This document shows positions 9,883 to 19,956 of a DNA stretch of 48,652 bases, one piece after another. The stretch lies in the IMG/VR virus record IMGVR_UViG_3300023218_000070, positions 1 to 48,652 of that record, one strand, 5' to 3'. Made by a program: the position numbers and the translations under genes. How positions within the stretch are numbered: the first letter of the stretch is position 1; each line of letters begins with the position of its first letter. Under the pieces are notes generated by a model. It was not told the DNA's origin. It made no database searches and worked only from the letters and a program-made list of their open reading frames with translations. The stretch comes from a virus (lineage: Duplodnaviria > Caudoviricetes).

Positions 9883-12836
9883 TAGCCATTCACCTCTCTG
9901 ATTGCGCGGCGGTTGCGTCGAATCGTATTGAGAATCACCCGCTCCCCTTCAGGCGTTCCCATCACAGACGTGATCTCATCAGGATCTGTGATATTGACAA
10001 CGCTTACATTCACCTGCGGAGGCTGCTGTGGGGCTTGCGTGGGGGTGATCATACCCGGCATTGCCGGTGTGAAGAGTTCAGGGCCACGCTCCCCAACAAG
10101 GAACGACTGACCGGGGTCCACCGGACCTCCCGCTGCCCGTCCGCCACCAAAGAGGAATCCGCCCAGACTGCCGGCGAAGCCCGCAGAGCCACCAGTCAAT
10201 CCACCGATCACACCGCCGACAGCCTGCTGAAACGCCAGTCTGGCCAAATCAGAGATCATCGAATCGATCAGGTTGCTGAAGCTGAACTGGCCGGTCGAGA
10301 CAAAGTCCACGAACGCATCCTCTGCGCTGCGGAAAGCATTAACCAACGTGGTTTCGGCTTGAACTGAGAAATCGTTCAGCAATTCGTTGATCTGAGCAAA
10401 CCCGCGCACGAACCCAGCCTGCACGGATGTGGAAGACTCCAAAGCTATTCGCTGGAGACGCGAGAACGCGATCGCAGCCTGCCCAGCAGTAATCGACCCC
10501 TGTTCCAGCCTGGTAGTCAACTCCTCCTGGGCGGCAGCCAGATCAAGCTCCGAGCCCCGCACTTCATCGAGCACTGTATTGATTTCATTCAGCTGACGCA
10601 GTTGCCGCAACTCAGCTTCAAGTCGTTCGCGTCCTTCTGCATCCAGCTGGACGCCTTGATTGATCAATTCGTTTTCGATTCTTAGTAGCTCATTACGCAC
10701 TTCCCTCTCAGCGGAACTCAGGCGTAGCAGTTGTGCTTCGCGGTCAAGCCTGGCCAGCGCCTCCTCCAAACCGCGAGCCGCTGGAGCGGGCGTCTGAGGA
10801 CCTCCAGTGCCTCCCTCGCCTCTAGTCCCTTCAGCAGCGACCATAGCGGCACGCTCCTGGGCAATCCGCTCAGCTTCTTCAAACAGGCTGTCAAGCAGAC
10901 TTCCGATCGGGGTACCCACCTGGGCGAAGCCAATCGCAAATCCCTGCTGGATGGCAGCCGCGATTCTCTCTGATGCGGAGACTGAACTTTGCTCAAGGCG
11001 AGGAATGAGGGTATCATCTCCCAAATCCTGCAATGCTTGGGAGATGTTAGCGCCGATACGCGCCGTGATGCCTTCCGTACCAGCCTCGATCTGGAACAAG
11101 GCATCCCGGATCGATTCGGCAGCATTGCCAAATTCACCTCGTGCCAGCTGATCCAAGGCCTGGCCCAGAGAGAGAAGAGCAAGGCGGATGCGTCCACCGA
11201 ACGATTCGAAAGTCCTACCGATTCCCACGAGAACTGCGGAGATCGAATCCACGACGTTTTCGAAGATATTGATGATGGAGTTGGCGATCCCAGCGAATAC
11301 GTCTTGTAATGCCGGACCGAGCGCCCTACCAACTTCCAATATGGCCCTGGTCCCACCCACCCAGAGAGAGACGTATGTATCAATTCCGGCTGCCGCAATA
11401 TTCAGGAATCCCTCCAGGCTGAATTCGAAGCCTTCGAAGACCCCTTCGAACAGCCCTGAGATATCAGGGAAGGTAGCCTGGAGAAAGGAAACGAAATTCC
11501 TGATCAATTCTTGGAGCCGATTGAAAATTGCGGTGCCGAGATCACCCAGGGTGGCCAATCCATCAGAAGTGATGCGAATCCGGTCACTAAAAGAAACCAG
11601 TGCTGCCACCGCCGTGCCAAGCAATACCACAATGGCTCCCACCCCTGAACCGATCAGGGCGACTCGCAGCGCCTGCAACGCAACAATCGCTCGGGGGATC
11701 GCGAATGCTGCAAGACGCACGCCGATCAGGGTCGCGAGGATTTCCACGTTATCGGCTGCAAACGTAAGAATTCTGGCAAGGGCACGCAATGCCAAAGTCA
11801 GAGCGTTGGTTGGTCCAGCATCACCAAACGCCAAGACGAGAGACTCAAATCGAGATCGCACCGCCAGCAACGCACCGTTCAGATTATCGTCCATGATCCT
11901 GGCGATCTCGTCGGCAGTACCGCCTGCGTTATCCAGCTCCTCGGTCATTCTCACAACCTGAGGAATCGAAGATGACAGGACCTCGAAAGCCGGACCACCT
12001 CTGTCTCCAAAGATCTGGAGAGCCTGCCCCGTATCGACTCCTGCATCTCGCAGTGCGATCAAAGCATTGGTGAGCCCGACTTGCGAGATCCTCACATCGT
12101 TAGCTTCCAGCCCCAGGCTTTCGAGGATTCGCCGTGTCTTGCTCGCTGGGGATTCCAGTTCAGAAATCACTCGCCGCAAACCCGTTCCAGCAAGAGTGGC
12201 CTGCAACCCGGCATCGGAGAGGGCACCAATCGCCGCCGCCGTCTCCTCCATTTCCACACCAACGCCCGAAGCCACAGGCGCAACGAATTTCAAAGCATCG
12301 CCCAGTTGCTGCACGTTGGTGTTTGAGTTGTTCGCCGTGAACGCCAAGACATCCACCGCTCGCCCCGTCTCAGCGGCTTCCAGACGGAATCCCCTGAGGA
12401 CATTGGAGGCGATGTCAGCCGCTGTGCCCAAGTCGAGGGCACCCGCCTGGGCGAGCTTCAGCGTCCCCTCAAGGGAATCCAGCTGCTCCTCAACGGTGAA
12501 TCCAGCGCGTGAGAGAAATACGAGTCCGCTCGCTGCCTCACTAGCTGAGAAACGGGTAGTGGCCCCCAGGTCTCTTGCTGCACCTTCTAGCTCCCGTAGC
12601 TGACTGGCGGAAGCTCCGGAGATGGCCTCGACAGTCGAAATCTGCTGCTCAAAGTTCGCGAGCGTACCAATCGTCGATCGCAAGATTGCAGCTCCGCCAA
12701 GGCTCAGCAGGGCGGATCGCAAAAGGTTCACACCGCCCGCCGAAGATGCAGCAGCAGTACCGACGGTAGCCAATCGTCGCTGCACTGTGCGGGTACCGCT
12801 CTCCTGAACTACGACATTGATGCGTTCAGTGGTCAT
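9882..12836 (-). CDS. Tail tape measure protein (TP901-type core)
   Basis: 984 aa, Ala/Leu-rich helical; ARDLGATTRFSASEAASGL and C-terminal RAAGGPV...FLVGERGPELF. Confidence 0.95.
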   Translation of the reverse strand: MTTERINVVVQESGTRTVQRRLATVGTAAASSAGGVNLLRSALLSLGGAAILRSTIGTLANFEQQISTVEAISGASASQLRELEGAARDLGATTRFSASEAASGLVFLSRAGFTVEEQLDSLEGTLKLAQAGALDLGTAADIASNVLRGFRLEAAETGRAVDVLAFTANNSNTNVQQLGDALKFVAPVASGVGVEMEETAAAIGALSDAGLQATLAGTGLRRVISELESPASKTRRILESLGLEANDVRISQVGLTNALIALRDAGVDTGQALQIFGDRGGPAFEVLSSSIPQVVRMTEELDNAGGTADEIARIMDDNLNGALLAVRSRFESLVLAFGDAGPTNALTLALRALARILTFAADNVEILATLIGVRLAAFAIPRAIVALQALRVALIGSGVGAIVVLLGTAVAALVSFSDRIRITSDGLATLGDLGTAIFNRLQELIRNFVSFLQATFPDISGLFEGVFEGFEFSLEGFLNIAAAGIDTYVSLWVGGTRAILEVGRALGPALQDVFAGIANSIINIFENVVDSISAVLVGIGRTFESFGGRIRLALLSLGQALDQLARGEFGNAAESIRDALFQIEAGTEGITARIGANISQALQDLGDDTLIPRLEQSSVSASERIAAAIQQGFAIGFAQVGTPIGSLLDSLFEEAERIAQERAAMVAAEGTRGEGGTGGPQTPAPAARGLEEALARLDREAQLLRLSSAEREVRNELLRIENELINQGVQLDAEGRERLEAELRQLRQLNEINTVLDEVRGSELDLAAAQEELTTRLEQGSITAGQAAIAFSRLQRIALESSTSVQAGFVRGFAQINELLNDFSVQAETTLVNAFRSAEDAFVDFVSTGQFSFSNLIDSMISDLARLAFQQAVGGVIGGLTGGSAGFAGSLGGFLFGGGRAAGGPVDPGQSFLVGERGPELFTPAMPGMITPTQAPQQPPQVNVSVVNITDPDEITSVMGTPEGERVILNTIRRNRRAIREVNG

Positions 12837-13234
12837 CAGGAAGTATCAATGCTCGCGCCCCGAATGCTGGCAACGCCCTGCTGAACTGCCGCCTGCACAA
12901 ACCCAGCCGGTGCTTGGGCGGAGCTACCCTCGTTCAGTCGTCCGATGTAGGGTAGATTGTTCGTGATGTGAATGGCCTGTCCCCGCACCCTCCGCTCAAT
13001 CTCCTGCTGAGCCCTGGAGAGGGCTGCTTGCTCAGAAGTAGGTCCAACTGTCTCTCCGCTCGGAGTCCCCAGCGACACGATCCAGTTGGATCTTGCACGC
13101 CCGGTATCTACTGGAGTGGATGTGACCAGGGTCTGATCAATAGCAATCGCCGCTCGTTTGACGACGTTACCTACCTGTCCTTCGAGGCGATTTGCCCTTA
13201 GGCGCATTCTTCCGCTGAAGCTTTCCAGACTCAT
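12836..13234 (-). CDS. HK97 gp10-like tail completion protein
   Basis: TPVDTGRARSNW and NNLPYIGRLNEGSSAQAPAGFV; start revised to the ATG at 13234 (MSLESF). Confidence 0.85.
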   Translation of the reverse strand: MSLESFSGRMRLRANRLEGQVGNVVKRAAIAIDQTLVTSTPVDTGRARSNWIVSLGTPSGETVGPTSEQAALSRAQQEIERRVRGQAIHITNNLPYIGRLNEGSSAQAPAGFVQAAVQQGVASIRGASIDTS

Positions 13235-13553
13235 CCTTACTTCGATGATAGTCGAGCCAGCAGCCATCCAAAGCCCGAACGAAGTAAAACAAGTCCCCTC
13301 TTTGCTCCTCGTCCACCCCCAGGGAATCCGCGTAATCGGAGATCGCTGACCACGGAATAGGCTGTGCGCCCCAACCTGATGGCCGGCAGGTGTGAAGATC
13401 CTGGAACGCCCCGTAGTAAAGCTCCATGCCAAGGCAGAGCTCCGGGGCATCCTGGATGCGCTGCGGCAAAGGCAGCCGCTCCCGCATGCATTGCTGGATG
13501 ATCTGCCGCTCGTATGGTCCTTGCTCCAGCGCGTAGAGCAGGACCTTCTTCAG
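13167..13553 (-). CDS. Tail assembly chaperone C-terminal extension (gpT-like; -1 frameshift product)
   Basis: The -1 frame is open from the slippery site (LKKVLLYALEQGPYERQIIQQC) into MRERLPLP...PIPWSAISDYA. Confidence 0.8.
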   Translation of the reverse strand: MKKVLLYALEQGPYERQIIQQCMRERLPLPQRIQDAPELCLGMELYYGAFQDLHTCRPSGWGAQPIPWSAISDYADSLGVDEEQRGDLFYFVRALDGCWLDYHRSKDESGKLQRKNAPKGKSPRRTGR

Positions 13554-13993
13554 TTTCCCGCCAGCTCTTCGTTGATCTCCGCTCGGAACAGGGCGGAAGA
13601 CTGAGCCTGCTGCTGAAGATCAGCGAAGAAGTCTGGCAGGTACTCGAACACCCGCTGTCGGTTCTCTGGAGTGTCCGGCAGAAGCTCATCACCGCTTTCG
13701 CCCACATCGGCTGGGTCAATGCCGGTGCGCCATTCTCCATCCACGCGGGTCTCCCAGCTGAGTACAACCGCCTCAGCATACGCTTGAGCCAGGATGGTCC
13801 GCCCTCGTTCCTCGTCCAGTGACCCAGCCGCGATCGCCCGCCTCAGCGGACGCGTCTTCTGGTCCAGAACGCGGGTGAATCGTCTGTTTGAGCCGCCGGC
13901 CCGTGCGATCCGCACTCGCACATCGCCATAGTCGATCACGATTCCCTGCGTTTCGAGATCTGTGTCGGTCGCGAACTGTCGCTTCAGTGCCAT
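13550..13993 (-). CDS. Tail assembly chaperone (gpG-like)
   Basis: Follows the tail tube gene; RIARAGGSNRRF; ends GCG GGA AAC TGA. Confidence 0.85.
   Translation of the reverse strand: MALKRQFATDTDLETQGIVIDYGDVRVRIARAGGSNRRFTRVLDQKTRPLRRAIAAGSLDEERGRTILAQAYAEAVVLSWETRVDGEWRTGIDPADVGESGDELLPDTPENRQRVFEYLPDFFADLQQQAQSSALFRAEINEELAGN
13553..13559 (-). other. -1 programmed ribosomal frameshift heptamer G GGA AAC
   Basis: X XXY YYZ in the correct phase just before the chaperone stop; the -1 frame stays open to 13167. Confidence 0.8.
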
Positions 13994-14007
13994 TCGTGTC
14001 TCCTAAT

Positions 14008-15591
14008 TCAGTCGGCGAGATTCGGGAGATAGTCCCAGAACACCATGAGCATGGTGTGGTCAAGTGCCGGGTCGATCTTGGAACCCGTCGCTGCCTCGTT
14101 TGTGAGTGGGAGCGTGATTGCCTGATCCTGCTCGACGTTGGCGCGGCCATCGCCGAGCGTAATGAGGGGAAGATCGATCGAGATGCCGCCATTCTGCTTG
14201 ACCAAGTGCATGTCAAGCGTGATGTCGGAGTTGTTTCGAACCGCCTGAACTGCCGCCACGTTTGCGAAGTAGGCCGTGATGTCGCCGCCCACCTCAAACG
14301 TACCTGCTGTGGAATCAAAGGCTCCCAGAACGCCCGCTGCCTTGTTCGGCGACACGTTGTTGTTCAAACTGATCGTAATGTCAGTCGCGAACGCAAACAG
14401 CGGATCAGGGTTCGAACTTTCCGGATCAATTACCGACATCTTGACCCTGGTCAGATCGGAACTGGTATTGAAGGCATCTGCCTCCGGGAGCGAGACCCGC
14501 GTACCGGGCTTCGGGCCAAGGGTGCCGTCGCGTTGCTCATTATCCTGTGCAACGAACGACAGATCGGCTGTCAACTTGTCAGCAGTCGTGACGTTCAAGG
14601 TAAATTCGTTCGGGATCGAGCCAACGAGATACTCGGCCTGATCATTCGGATCGTCTGTGTCTGCTTTGCCCAGGGTGCGCTCAAGCTGATAAGAACGTCG
14701 GACGATGGAACCGGCCAACTCATTCTTCAAGACGCGGCCAAAGAACAACTGAATAGTCAATCCGGTACCGTCTTCGGTTACGATTGTCGATTGGGTCTTG
14801 TCAAACTCCAGGCGATTGGCCGCGATCGACCGGACCCGGGCGAATCCAGAATTCGCAGAGTCACTGAAGGCAGTTCCGGACGCATCGCCGCCAATAAACA
14901 CCCACTCCCCGACAATGAGCCCAAGAGATGTGAAGTCGAGCAACGTGCTGGTCAAAGCCGGGCGTGAGCCACCAGCGTCCATACCCAGGTCATCAGACCC
15001 TGCTTCAAACCCTACTTGAACAATCGACACAGTATTGACTGGCCCCTCATCCACCAGAGTGGCGAGAGTTCCGGATCCATCTGCTACCGACAGCTCAAGG
15101 GTTGTCGTGGTGACAGCAGAGACAGCAAACAGCCCCCGGTTTTCCGGATTGTTTGCGCCGTCAATGAAGACCAGATCCCCGACGGAGAACTGGGTAGTCA
15201 GGTCGATGGCCGGAGATCCGGAACGTGTGACCAGGCTATCCACGCTCGTGAAGGTGAATTCCAGGGTGGTGATGCCGATTTCATTCTGCGCCTCACCCTT
15301 CCGCCGCAAATTAGCGAAGAAGAACCCTTGGAGTAGGTCCTGGAGATTTCGCCGTGTAACATCTGTGGCAAACCCACCGCTCGCGTCGAGATCGGTGATG
15401 ACTCCCTTGCGCCGCTGACGAGATGCATTGATCGGATTGCGGGCGACGGTTGAGATCTCGCCGCCAAAGTTGTCGTATGAGTTCGGCTCAAGTGCGATCC
15501 AAACCGGAGTCATCGGCAGTACATTCAGCGATTCCTCTTCTGCGTATGAAAGTCCAGTGATGTTCGAATCGATCTTGCTGACTGGAGGCAT
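14008..15591 (-). CDS. Major tail tube protein
   Basis: 527 aa; KIDSNITGLSYAEE and ARNPINASRQRRKGVITDLDASGGF; lies between the terminator and chaperone genes. Confidence 0.88.
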   Translation of the reverse strand: MPPVSKIDSNITGLSYAEEESLNVLPMTPVWIALEPNSYDNFGGEISTVARNPINASRQRRKGVITDLDASGGFATDVTRRNLQDLLQGFFFANLRRKGEAQNEIGITTLEFTFTSVDSLVTRSGSPAIDLTTQFSVGDLVFIDGANNPENRGLFAVSAVTTTTLELSVADGSGTLATLVDEGPVNTVSIVQVGFEAGSDDLGMDAGGSRPALTSTLLDFTSLGLIVGEWVFIGGDASGTAFSDSANSGFARVRSIAANRLEFDKTQSTIVTEDGTGLTIQLFFGRVLKNELAGSIVRRSYQLERTLGKADTDDPNDQAEYLVGSIPNEFTLNVTTADKLTADLSFVAQDNEQRDGTLGPKPGTRVSLPEADAFNTSSDLTRVKMSVIDPESSNPDPLFAFATDITISLNNNVSPNKAAGVLGAFDSTAGTFEVGGDITAYFANVAAVQAVRNNSDITLDMHLVKQNGGISIDLPLITLGDGRANVEQDQAITLPLTNEAATGSKIDPALDHTMLMVFWDYLPNLAD

Positions 15592-15603
15592 TCGACTTCT
15601 CCG

Positions 15604-16029
15604 CTATTTGATCTCGTCGTACTCAAACGAGGCTACGACGTTCACTTGGAACCATTCTCTATCTGAGCCAATCTCCGAGATAGCTACAGAACGGAAGATC
15701 ACGCCTCCGGGAGTCGTAACACCCTCGTAGGCATCCTGCACGATCTTAGGTAGATCCTCGTCAGAAGGCAACCCCTCACCCACGGGGGTGAAGATCTGCA
15801 CGGTGATGGAGCCGGATCGGCGAAACCTTCGGTTTCCAGCGACACCAGACAGGGTGGCTTGCTCAGACGTTGCATGCCGAAGAACCACCCGTGCCCAGGG
15901 GGATGTGGTGGTTGGTGGCGGGGAGATAGCGCCGACGTTGTCGTACTTGACTGGGTGTCCAGTCGGAGACCATGCTCCATGGAATACCGTCAGCATTTCG
16001 TCGATGGCTTCGGCGCGGGTAAGCGACAT
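15604..16029 (-). CDS. Tail terminator protein
   Basis: WARV, VQIFTPVGEG and WFQVNVVASFEYD; synteny. Confidence 0.78.
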   Translation of the reverse strand: MSLTRAEAIDEMLTVFHGAWSPTGHPVKYDNVGAISPPPTTTSPWARVVLRHATSEQATLSGVAGNRRFRRSGSITVQIFTPVGEGLPSDEDLPKIVQDAYEGVTTPGGVIFRSVAISEIGSDREWFQVNVVASFEYDEIK

Positions 16030-16430
16030 CAGCGATCCACTCCAATGACGTAGAGCAATGTGGCAGTGTTGGGCCGCAGTACTTCCACGGTTGTGATTCT
16101 TCGCCTCACGCCACCCTCGTCGATGATCTCGTGCGCCGTTGTCAGGTCGAACGGAGGATCAATAGTGCCTGGAGCGACAATGCAGATAGCACCTGCTCGG
16201 CGGAGTAGGTCGTTGTCGGAAACGTCAAATCCAAGTCCTCCACCACCGGCAGGAACGAACACCGCATCGACTATTGCTTCGGCATCAACGTCGTCGCGAG
16301 GATCAGCGGGGCCGAGCCATGGCTTATCTGGATCCTGCAAACCTTGCGCGAAACGGATGAAGGTGACTTCGCGTCCGTTCTCTGCCACGAGAGAAGCCGC
16401 AATGTTTGCTAGCTCCGAGAAGTCAATCAT
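16029..16430 (-). CDS. Head-tail joining/closure protein
   Basis: LVAENGREVT and DPDKPW; position between adaptor and terminator genes. Confidence 0.68.
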   Translation of the reverse strand: MIDFSELANIAASLVAENGREVTFIRFAQGLQDPDKPWLGPADPRDDVDAEAIVDAVFVPAGGGGLGFDVSDNDLLRRAGAICIVAPGTIDPPFDLTTAHEIIDEGGVRRRITTVEVLRPNTATLLYVIGVDR

Positions 16431-17257
16431 GCTCGGATGACTCCACCAACCCTGACGAACTCTCGAAGCAACCTATCTGCTGATGGAAATGGCCGGAGTT
16501 CGGTGATAATGCCTTCCTCGGCGAATTCCGTTTCCGTCTCGATGGGTCCAACCTTGTTGCGAGTGCGGGTAACACGAGCCCCCGTCGGATCTACCGACGG
16601 GTCCGGAGCCAGTGATACATCCTTCGCTCGCCACGCATACTCATGGGTGCCTTGGCGGAGCTTCAGCGGCACGCCCGTTACCCACTCGCCGTTGCGATCT
16701 CGCAACTCAGATCTCGGGAATTCCAAAGGCTGACGCAATCCACTGAAGCCGCTGGTCGCGCTCTCGGACCACGTACCAACGGTACTACTCAAGGCAATAC
16801 CATCCATCGTAGCGAAGATGACGACGAAGGGTAGATCCGGATTGGGGAACTCCGCACCTGTCACGTCATCGTTCTCACTACCAACAATGACATCGGCGAG
16901 ATTTGCGATCGTCTTGAGAATCGTGGTGCCGATTTCCGTTTCGTCCGTTTGGGATGGATCATCACGAAACGTATACGTCACATCGCCAAACGTCACAGTA
17001 TCACCATCCACTGGCTGCGACGACAACGAGTAGGTACCGCGGCTCAGCAGAGACTCCCACCGCCGATTGCCCAGGAAGAGTGGTCCCCAGCGAAAATCGA
17101 TGTAGTCAGTTGCCAGGATCAGCGCGTACTGGATGTTGTCATCGGTCAGGCCCGATACATCACGTCCTCGCTCCGTGTGGTAGTCGCGGAACTCCTGCAC
17201 GGTGGCGTACGAATTGGCATTCTTCACGCCTGAGCCATCTTCCACGACAAACGCCAT
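16427..17257 (-). CDS. Head-tail adaptor (DnaT-like phage family) with an internal inserted domain
   Basis: MAFVVEDGSGVKNANSYATV, ALILATDYID, QPLEFPR and KVGPIETETEF. Confidence 0.82.
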   Translation of the reverse strand: MAFVVEDGSGVKNANSYATVQEFRDYHTERGRDVSGLTDDNIQYALILATDYIDFRWGPLFLGNRRWESLLSRGTYSLSSQPVDGDTVTFGDVTYTFRDDPSQTDETEIGTTILKTIANLADVIVGSENDDVTGAEFPNPDLPFVVIFATMDGIALSSTVGTWSESATSGFSGLRQPLEFPRSELRDRNGEWVTGVPLKLRQGTHEYAWRAKDVSLAPDPSVDPTGARVTRTRNKVGPIETETEFAEEGIITELRPFPSADRLLREFVRVGGVIRA

Positions 17258-17874
17258 CAGGACACCTCAAGAAATTGACGAGGAACCTGTCCGAGAGCCG
17301 CATCAAGCGGAGACACCACTGCCGCGTCGCTAAGAGGAACACGGTCAGCTGGATCAATACGGTTCGTGACGGTGCCCGCAACCTGCGCGATGCTGCCATC
17401 CCCTGAGTCGGCCCACTCGGCGGTAATTCCTTCCATCGCAATCACCAAATCACTTCCAACCCACAGGCGCGCTTTGCCGGCAGCGGGTTGGATCGCGAAC
17501 GTAATTGCCAAGCGTTGCCCTTCGCTTACGACGGGTCCCACCCCCTCTGGGCCTGTCATGGAATCTCCCGCCGCAGCCCGCAGGGTGCGATCTGCTGACG
17601 CGATCCATACCGCTAGGCCGTTGCCCGCGGAACCGAGTTCAAACACTACACCTACCGGAGATGCACCAGTGATGACCAAACTGATGTGGAAAGTGATGCT
17701 TTTCGCCCGGTCGGGGAAGAATGCATCCGTATCGATCGAGCCACTCAAGAATGAGTGGGTCTGAAACAGACCAAGGAAGGGATTCGCTCGGCCCCTTCGC
17801 GACTCGCGTGCGTGAAATTGGGCTGCCTGTTCACGAGCCGTGCCAACCCCGTGCTGACGGAATAGTCGTGCCAT
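17257..17874 (-). CDS. Hypothetical virion-associated protein, possibly a ConA/LamG-like beta-sandwich
   Basis: Beta-rich ORF in the head block with coupled start/stop; the fold is a guess. Confidence 0.5.
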   Translation of the reverse strand: MARLFRQHGVGTAREQAAQFHARESRRGRANPFLGLFQTHSFLSGSIDTDAFFPDRAKSITFHISLVITGASPVGVVFELGSAGNGLAVWIASADRTLRAAAGDSMTGPEGVGPVVSEGQRLAITFAIQPAAGKARLWVGSDLVIAMEGITAEWADSGDGSIAQVAGTVTNRIDPADRVPLSDAAVVSPLDAALGQVPRQFLEVS

Positions 17875-17877
17875 CCG

Positions 17878-18249
17878 TCACTCCTTCGGCGGTAGTTCTC
17901 TCCGAGGACGTTCGGTGCCGCGCTGAGTCTTTCGCGACATTGCTTGATCGACGGGAGATCGCGGGTCTAGATCTTTCGGGTTGATGCCCTTGAGGGCTTC
18001 CACCTGACGGGCTCGCCGAAGCCCTCGGATCTCCGCCTGCTTCCGGATGTATTCCATCCTGGCTTGGGTATCACCCTTCGATGTCCCATCTTGGTATTCA
18101 GAAGTGTGAAGGCGATCTCGTTTTCGTTGAAGGATGGAGATTTCTTTCTCCAATTCATCGCGCTGCTGAGATAGCTGGCTGATGCGCTCGTCAAGATGGA
18201 ACTTGGTCTGCTCCTCAGAGTTCGCCTCGCTGATGTCTTGCTTTTCCAC
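17878..18249 (-). CDS. Hypothetical coiled-coil protein
   Basis: Heptad-like LDERISQLSQQRDELEKEISILQRK; GGAG upstream of the GTG. Confidence 0.6.
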   Translation of the reverse strand: MEKQDISEANSEEQTKFHLDERISQLSQQRDELEKEISILQRKRDRLHTSEYQDGTSKGDTQARMEYIRKQAEIRGLRRARQVEALKGINPKDLDPRSPVDQAMSRKTQRGTERPRRELPPKE

Positions 18250-18260
18250 CTAGGAACTCC

Positions 18261-18737
18261 TCATATCAGATCGTCGATATCCGACGTATCCTGGATTCTA
18301 TTCGTGCTGACACCCTGCCGGACGTGCTCGACAATCGCCTGATCAACAGTGGCCGGAGTCAGGGTGTGGGTACCTGATCCACTACCGGAGATCGCTGCCG
18401 CCCTGATCCCTTGCACTGCATCGTTCCGGGTAAAGTGAAGCTGAATTGCATCGGCGTCCACCGCCGAAACCCAATACAGCGTATCAGCCTGAAGCCCACC
18501 CGGCAGGGTACCGGTGGTTGTGATCGCAAACGGACCATCACCAGACGAATGGCCGTGGCCCGCAATATCCAGTTGATTGTCAGCGATGTCCGCCGTGAAA
18601 TTCTGGCCAGTTCCAGTCCCATCCAGAGTTCCAGAGACCGCCGACAGCCACCTCTTCAGGCGACGTCGGCGATTTCGGGCGAGGCTCCGGATGCCTTTGC
18701 GTAGGTGCTGGAGATTTGGGATTGTAATTACTGCCAT
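18261..18737 (-). CDS. Putative head decoration/accessory virion protein
   Basis: AGGAGG RBS; directly after the MCP; HGHSSGD...GTLPGGLQADTLYWV...IQL beta-module common in virion proteins. Confidence 0.6.
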   Translation of the reverse strand: MAVITIPNLQHLRKGIRSLARNRRRRLKRWLSAVSGTLDGTGTGQNFTADIADNQLDIAGHGHSSGDGPFAITTTGTLPGGLQADTLYWVSAVDADAIQLHFTRNDAVQGIRAAAISGSGSGTHTLTPATVDQAIVEHVRQGVSTNRIQDTSDIDDLI

Positions 18738-18772
18738 CTAACCTCCTGGAAGGATGTCCCCGGTTCCGCCAA

Positions 18773-19852
18773 TCAGGCCTCGCGAGTCCGGAGAACCGCG
18801 AACTTGATCTGCTTGCGCTCAGGGAACCTGCGGCTCCAATTGGCCGCAGCCGCGAGATTGGTGTTGCTCGGGCCGCCGTCAGGAATCGATCCCTGGATGA
18901 AAGCATGTCCCGTCGGATGGATAGTCCAGATCCGTCTAGTAGTAAGGATCTCCTGTCCGCCACCCTTACCCGCAAGGGGCTCACGGTGGACCTCAGTGGG
19001 GACATCCGCGTTTGCGGACCCAAGCTGGGCCGCGTCAGACCCGAACAGCCACGTGTCAAAGACATTGTCGGTCCTCGGAACGCCGTCGTCAACGATAACC
19101 TCGCGACCCAGGAAAGTCGGAATCATGGTCCGGCCCTCGGCGTCGGGGATAAAGTCGATTAGATTGTTCTTCTGCATGCGATTGAAGACCACGCTGTGAA
19201 CCATCACAGCAGTCAGATCTTCCATCGAATCACCCATCGTGAGCGCCGTATCCAGGAACGCCTCAGCCGAGAAGTTCGTAACACCATCGGTGAAGCTCGA
19301 ACCACTGATATCATTGACGAGATCGCCCTGCGCATGGGTGTCCCCGCCAGACGGGCTGGCCAGATTGTCCGCGATCACGCCATTCCACGTGGACACAAAG
19401 ATACGCTGAAGTCGCCGGGTCCAGTAGAACGCCACCCGATCGGCAATCGCCTGCATCGGGTCAGCGCCAGCAAGCTCACGAGCAAGCCCCGTCGAACTCC
19501 AGGCCTTGGCGCGGAACAGGCGGACCGCGACTTCCTGACTGGATCCGATCTTCATCGGAGTCAGGTCACCCCGGTTCGCGTCGGTCGGAGTTCCGTTCTC
19601 GAAACTCGCCTCCTGGATGTCGGAGATGTCATCGGTCGCGACCTCGTCAGCGCCGGTAGCATCACTCGCATCCAGATCCTGGAACGAAGGCACATCGAAT
19701 GTCTTGCCGCCACCAGCCAGAAGCTGGGAGAGGATAGGACTTGTCGACAGGATCCCACTCTGCACCAGGCGAGCCTTCTGCTCCGTCAGCTGTTGCGTGT
19801 ACGGGGTGAAAACGCGGGGGACGATGATATCGGAAACTTGGACAGCGGGCAT
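18773..19852 (-). CDS. Major capsid protein
   Basis: VSDIIVPRVFTPY, LAGADPMQAIADRVAFYW, VMVHSVVF and TFLGREVIVDDG; start set to the ATG at 19852 after an AAGGAG RBS. Confidence 0.93.
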   Translation of the reverse strand: MPAVQVSDIIVPRVFTPYTQQLTEQKARLVQSGILSTSPILSQLLAGGGKTFDVPSFQDLDASDATGADEVATDDISDIQEASFENGTPTDANRGDLTPMKIGSSQEVAVRLFRAKAWSSTGLARELAGADPMQAIADRVAFYWTRRLQRIFVSTWNGVIADNLASPSGGDTHAQGDLVNDISGSSFTDGVTNFSAEAFLDTALTMGDSMEDLTAVMVHSVVFNRMQKNNLIDFIPDAEGRTMIPTFLGREVIVDDGVPRTDNVFDTWLFGSDAAQLGSANADVPTEVHREPLAGKGGGQEILTTRRIWTIHPTGHAFIQGSIPDGGPSNTNLAAAANWSRRFPERKQIKFAVLRTREA

Positions 19853-19956
19853 TTCTATCTCCTTTGCTGGTATTGTGTTCAGCAGCAGAGCCATCACAGC
19901 CCCTGACGCCCACCATGGGGTGAACTGCCATCATCTCATGGTATCCCCAATAGGAC

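Noticed and set aside
19853-19956. Structured RNA in the scaffold-MCP intergenic region
   Set aside because: Only short repeated GATGGC/CCATG words; I could not build a convincing fold.
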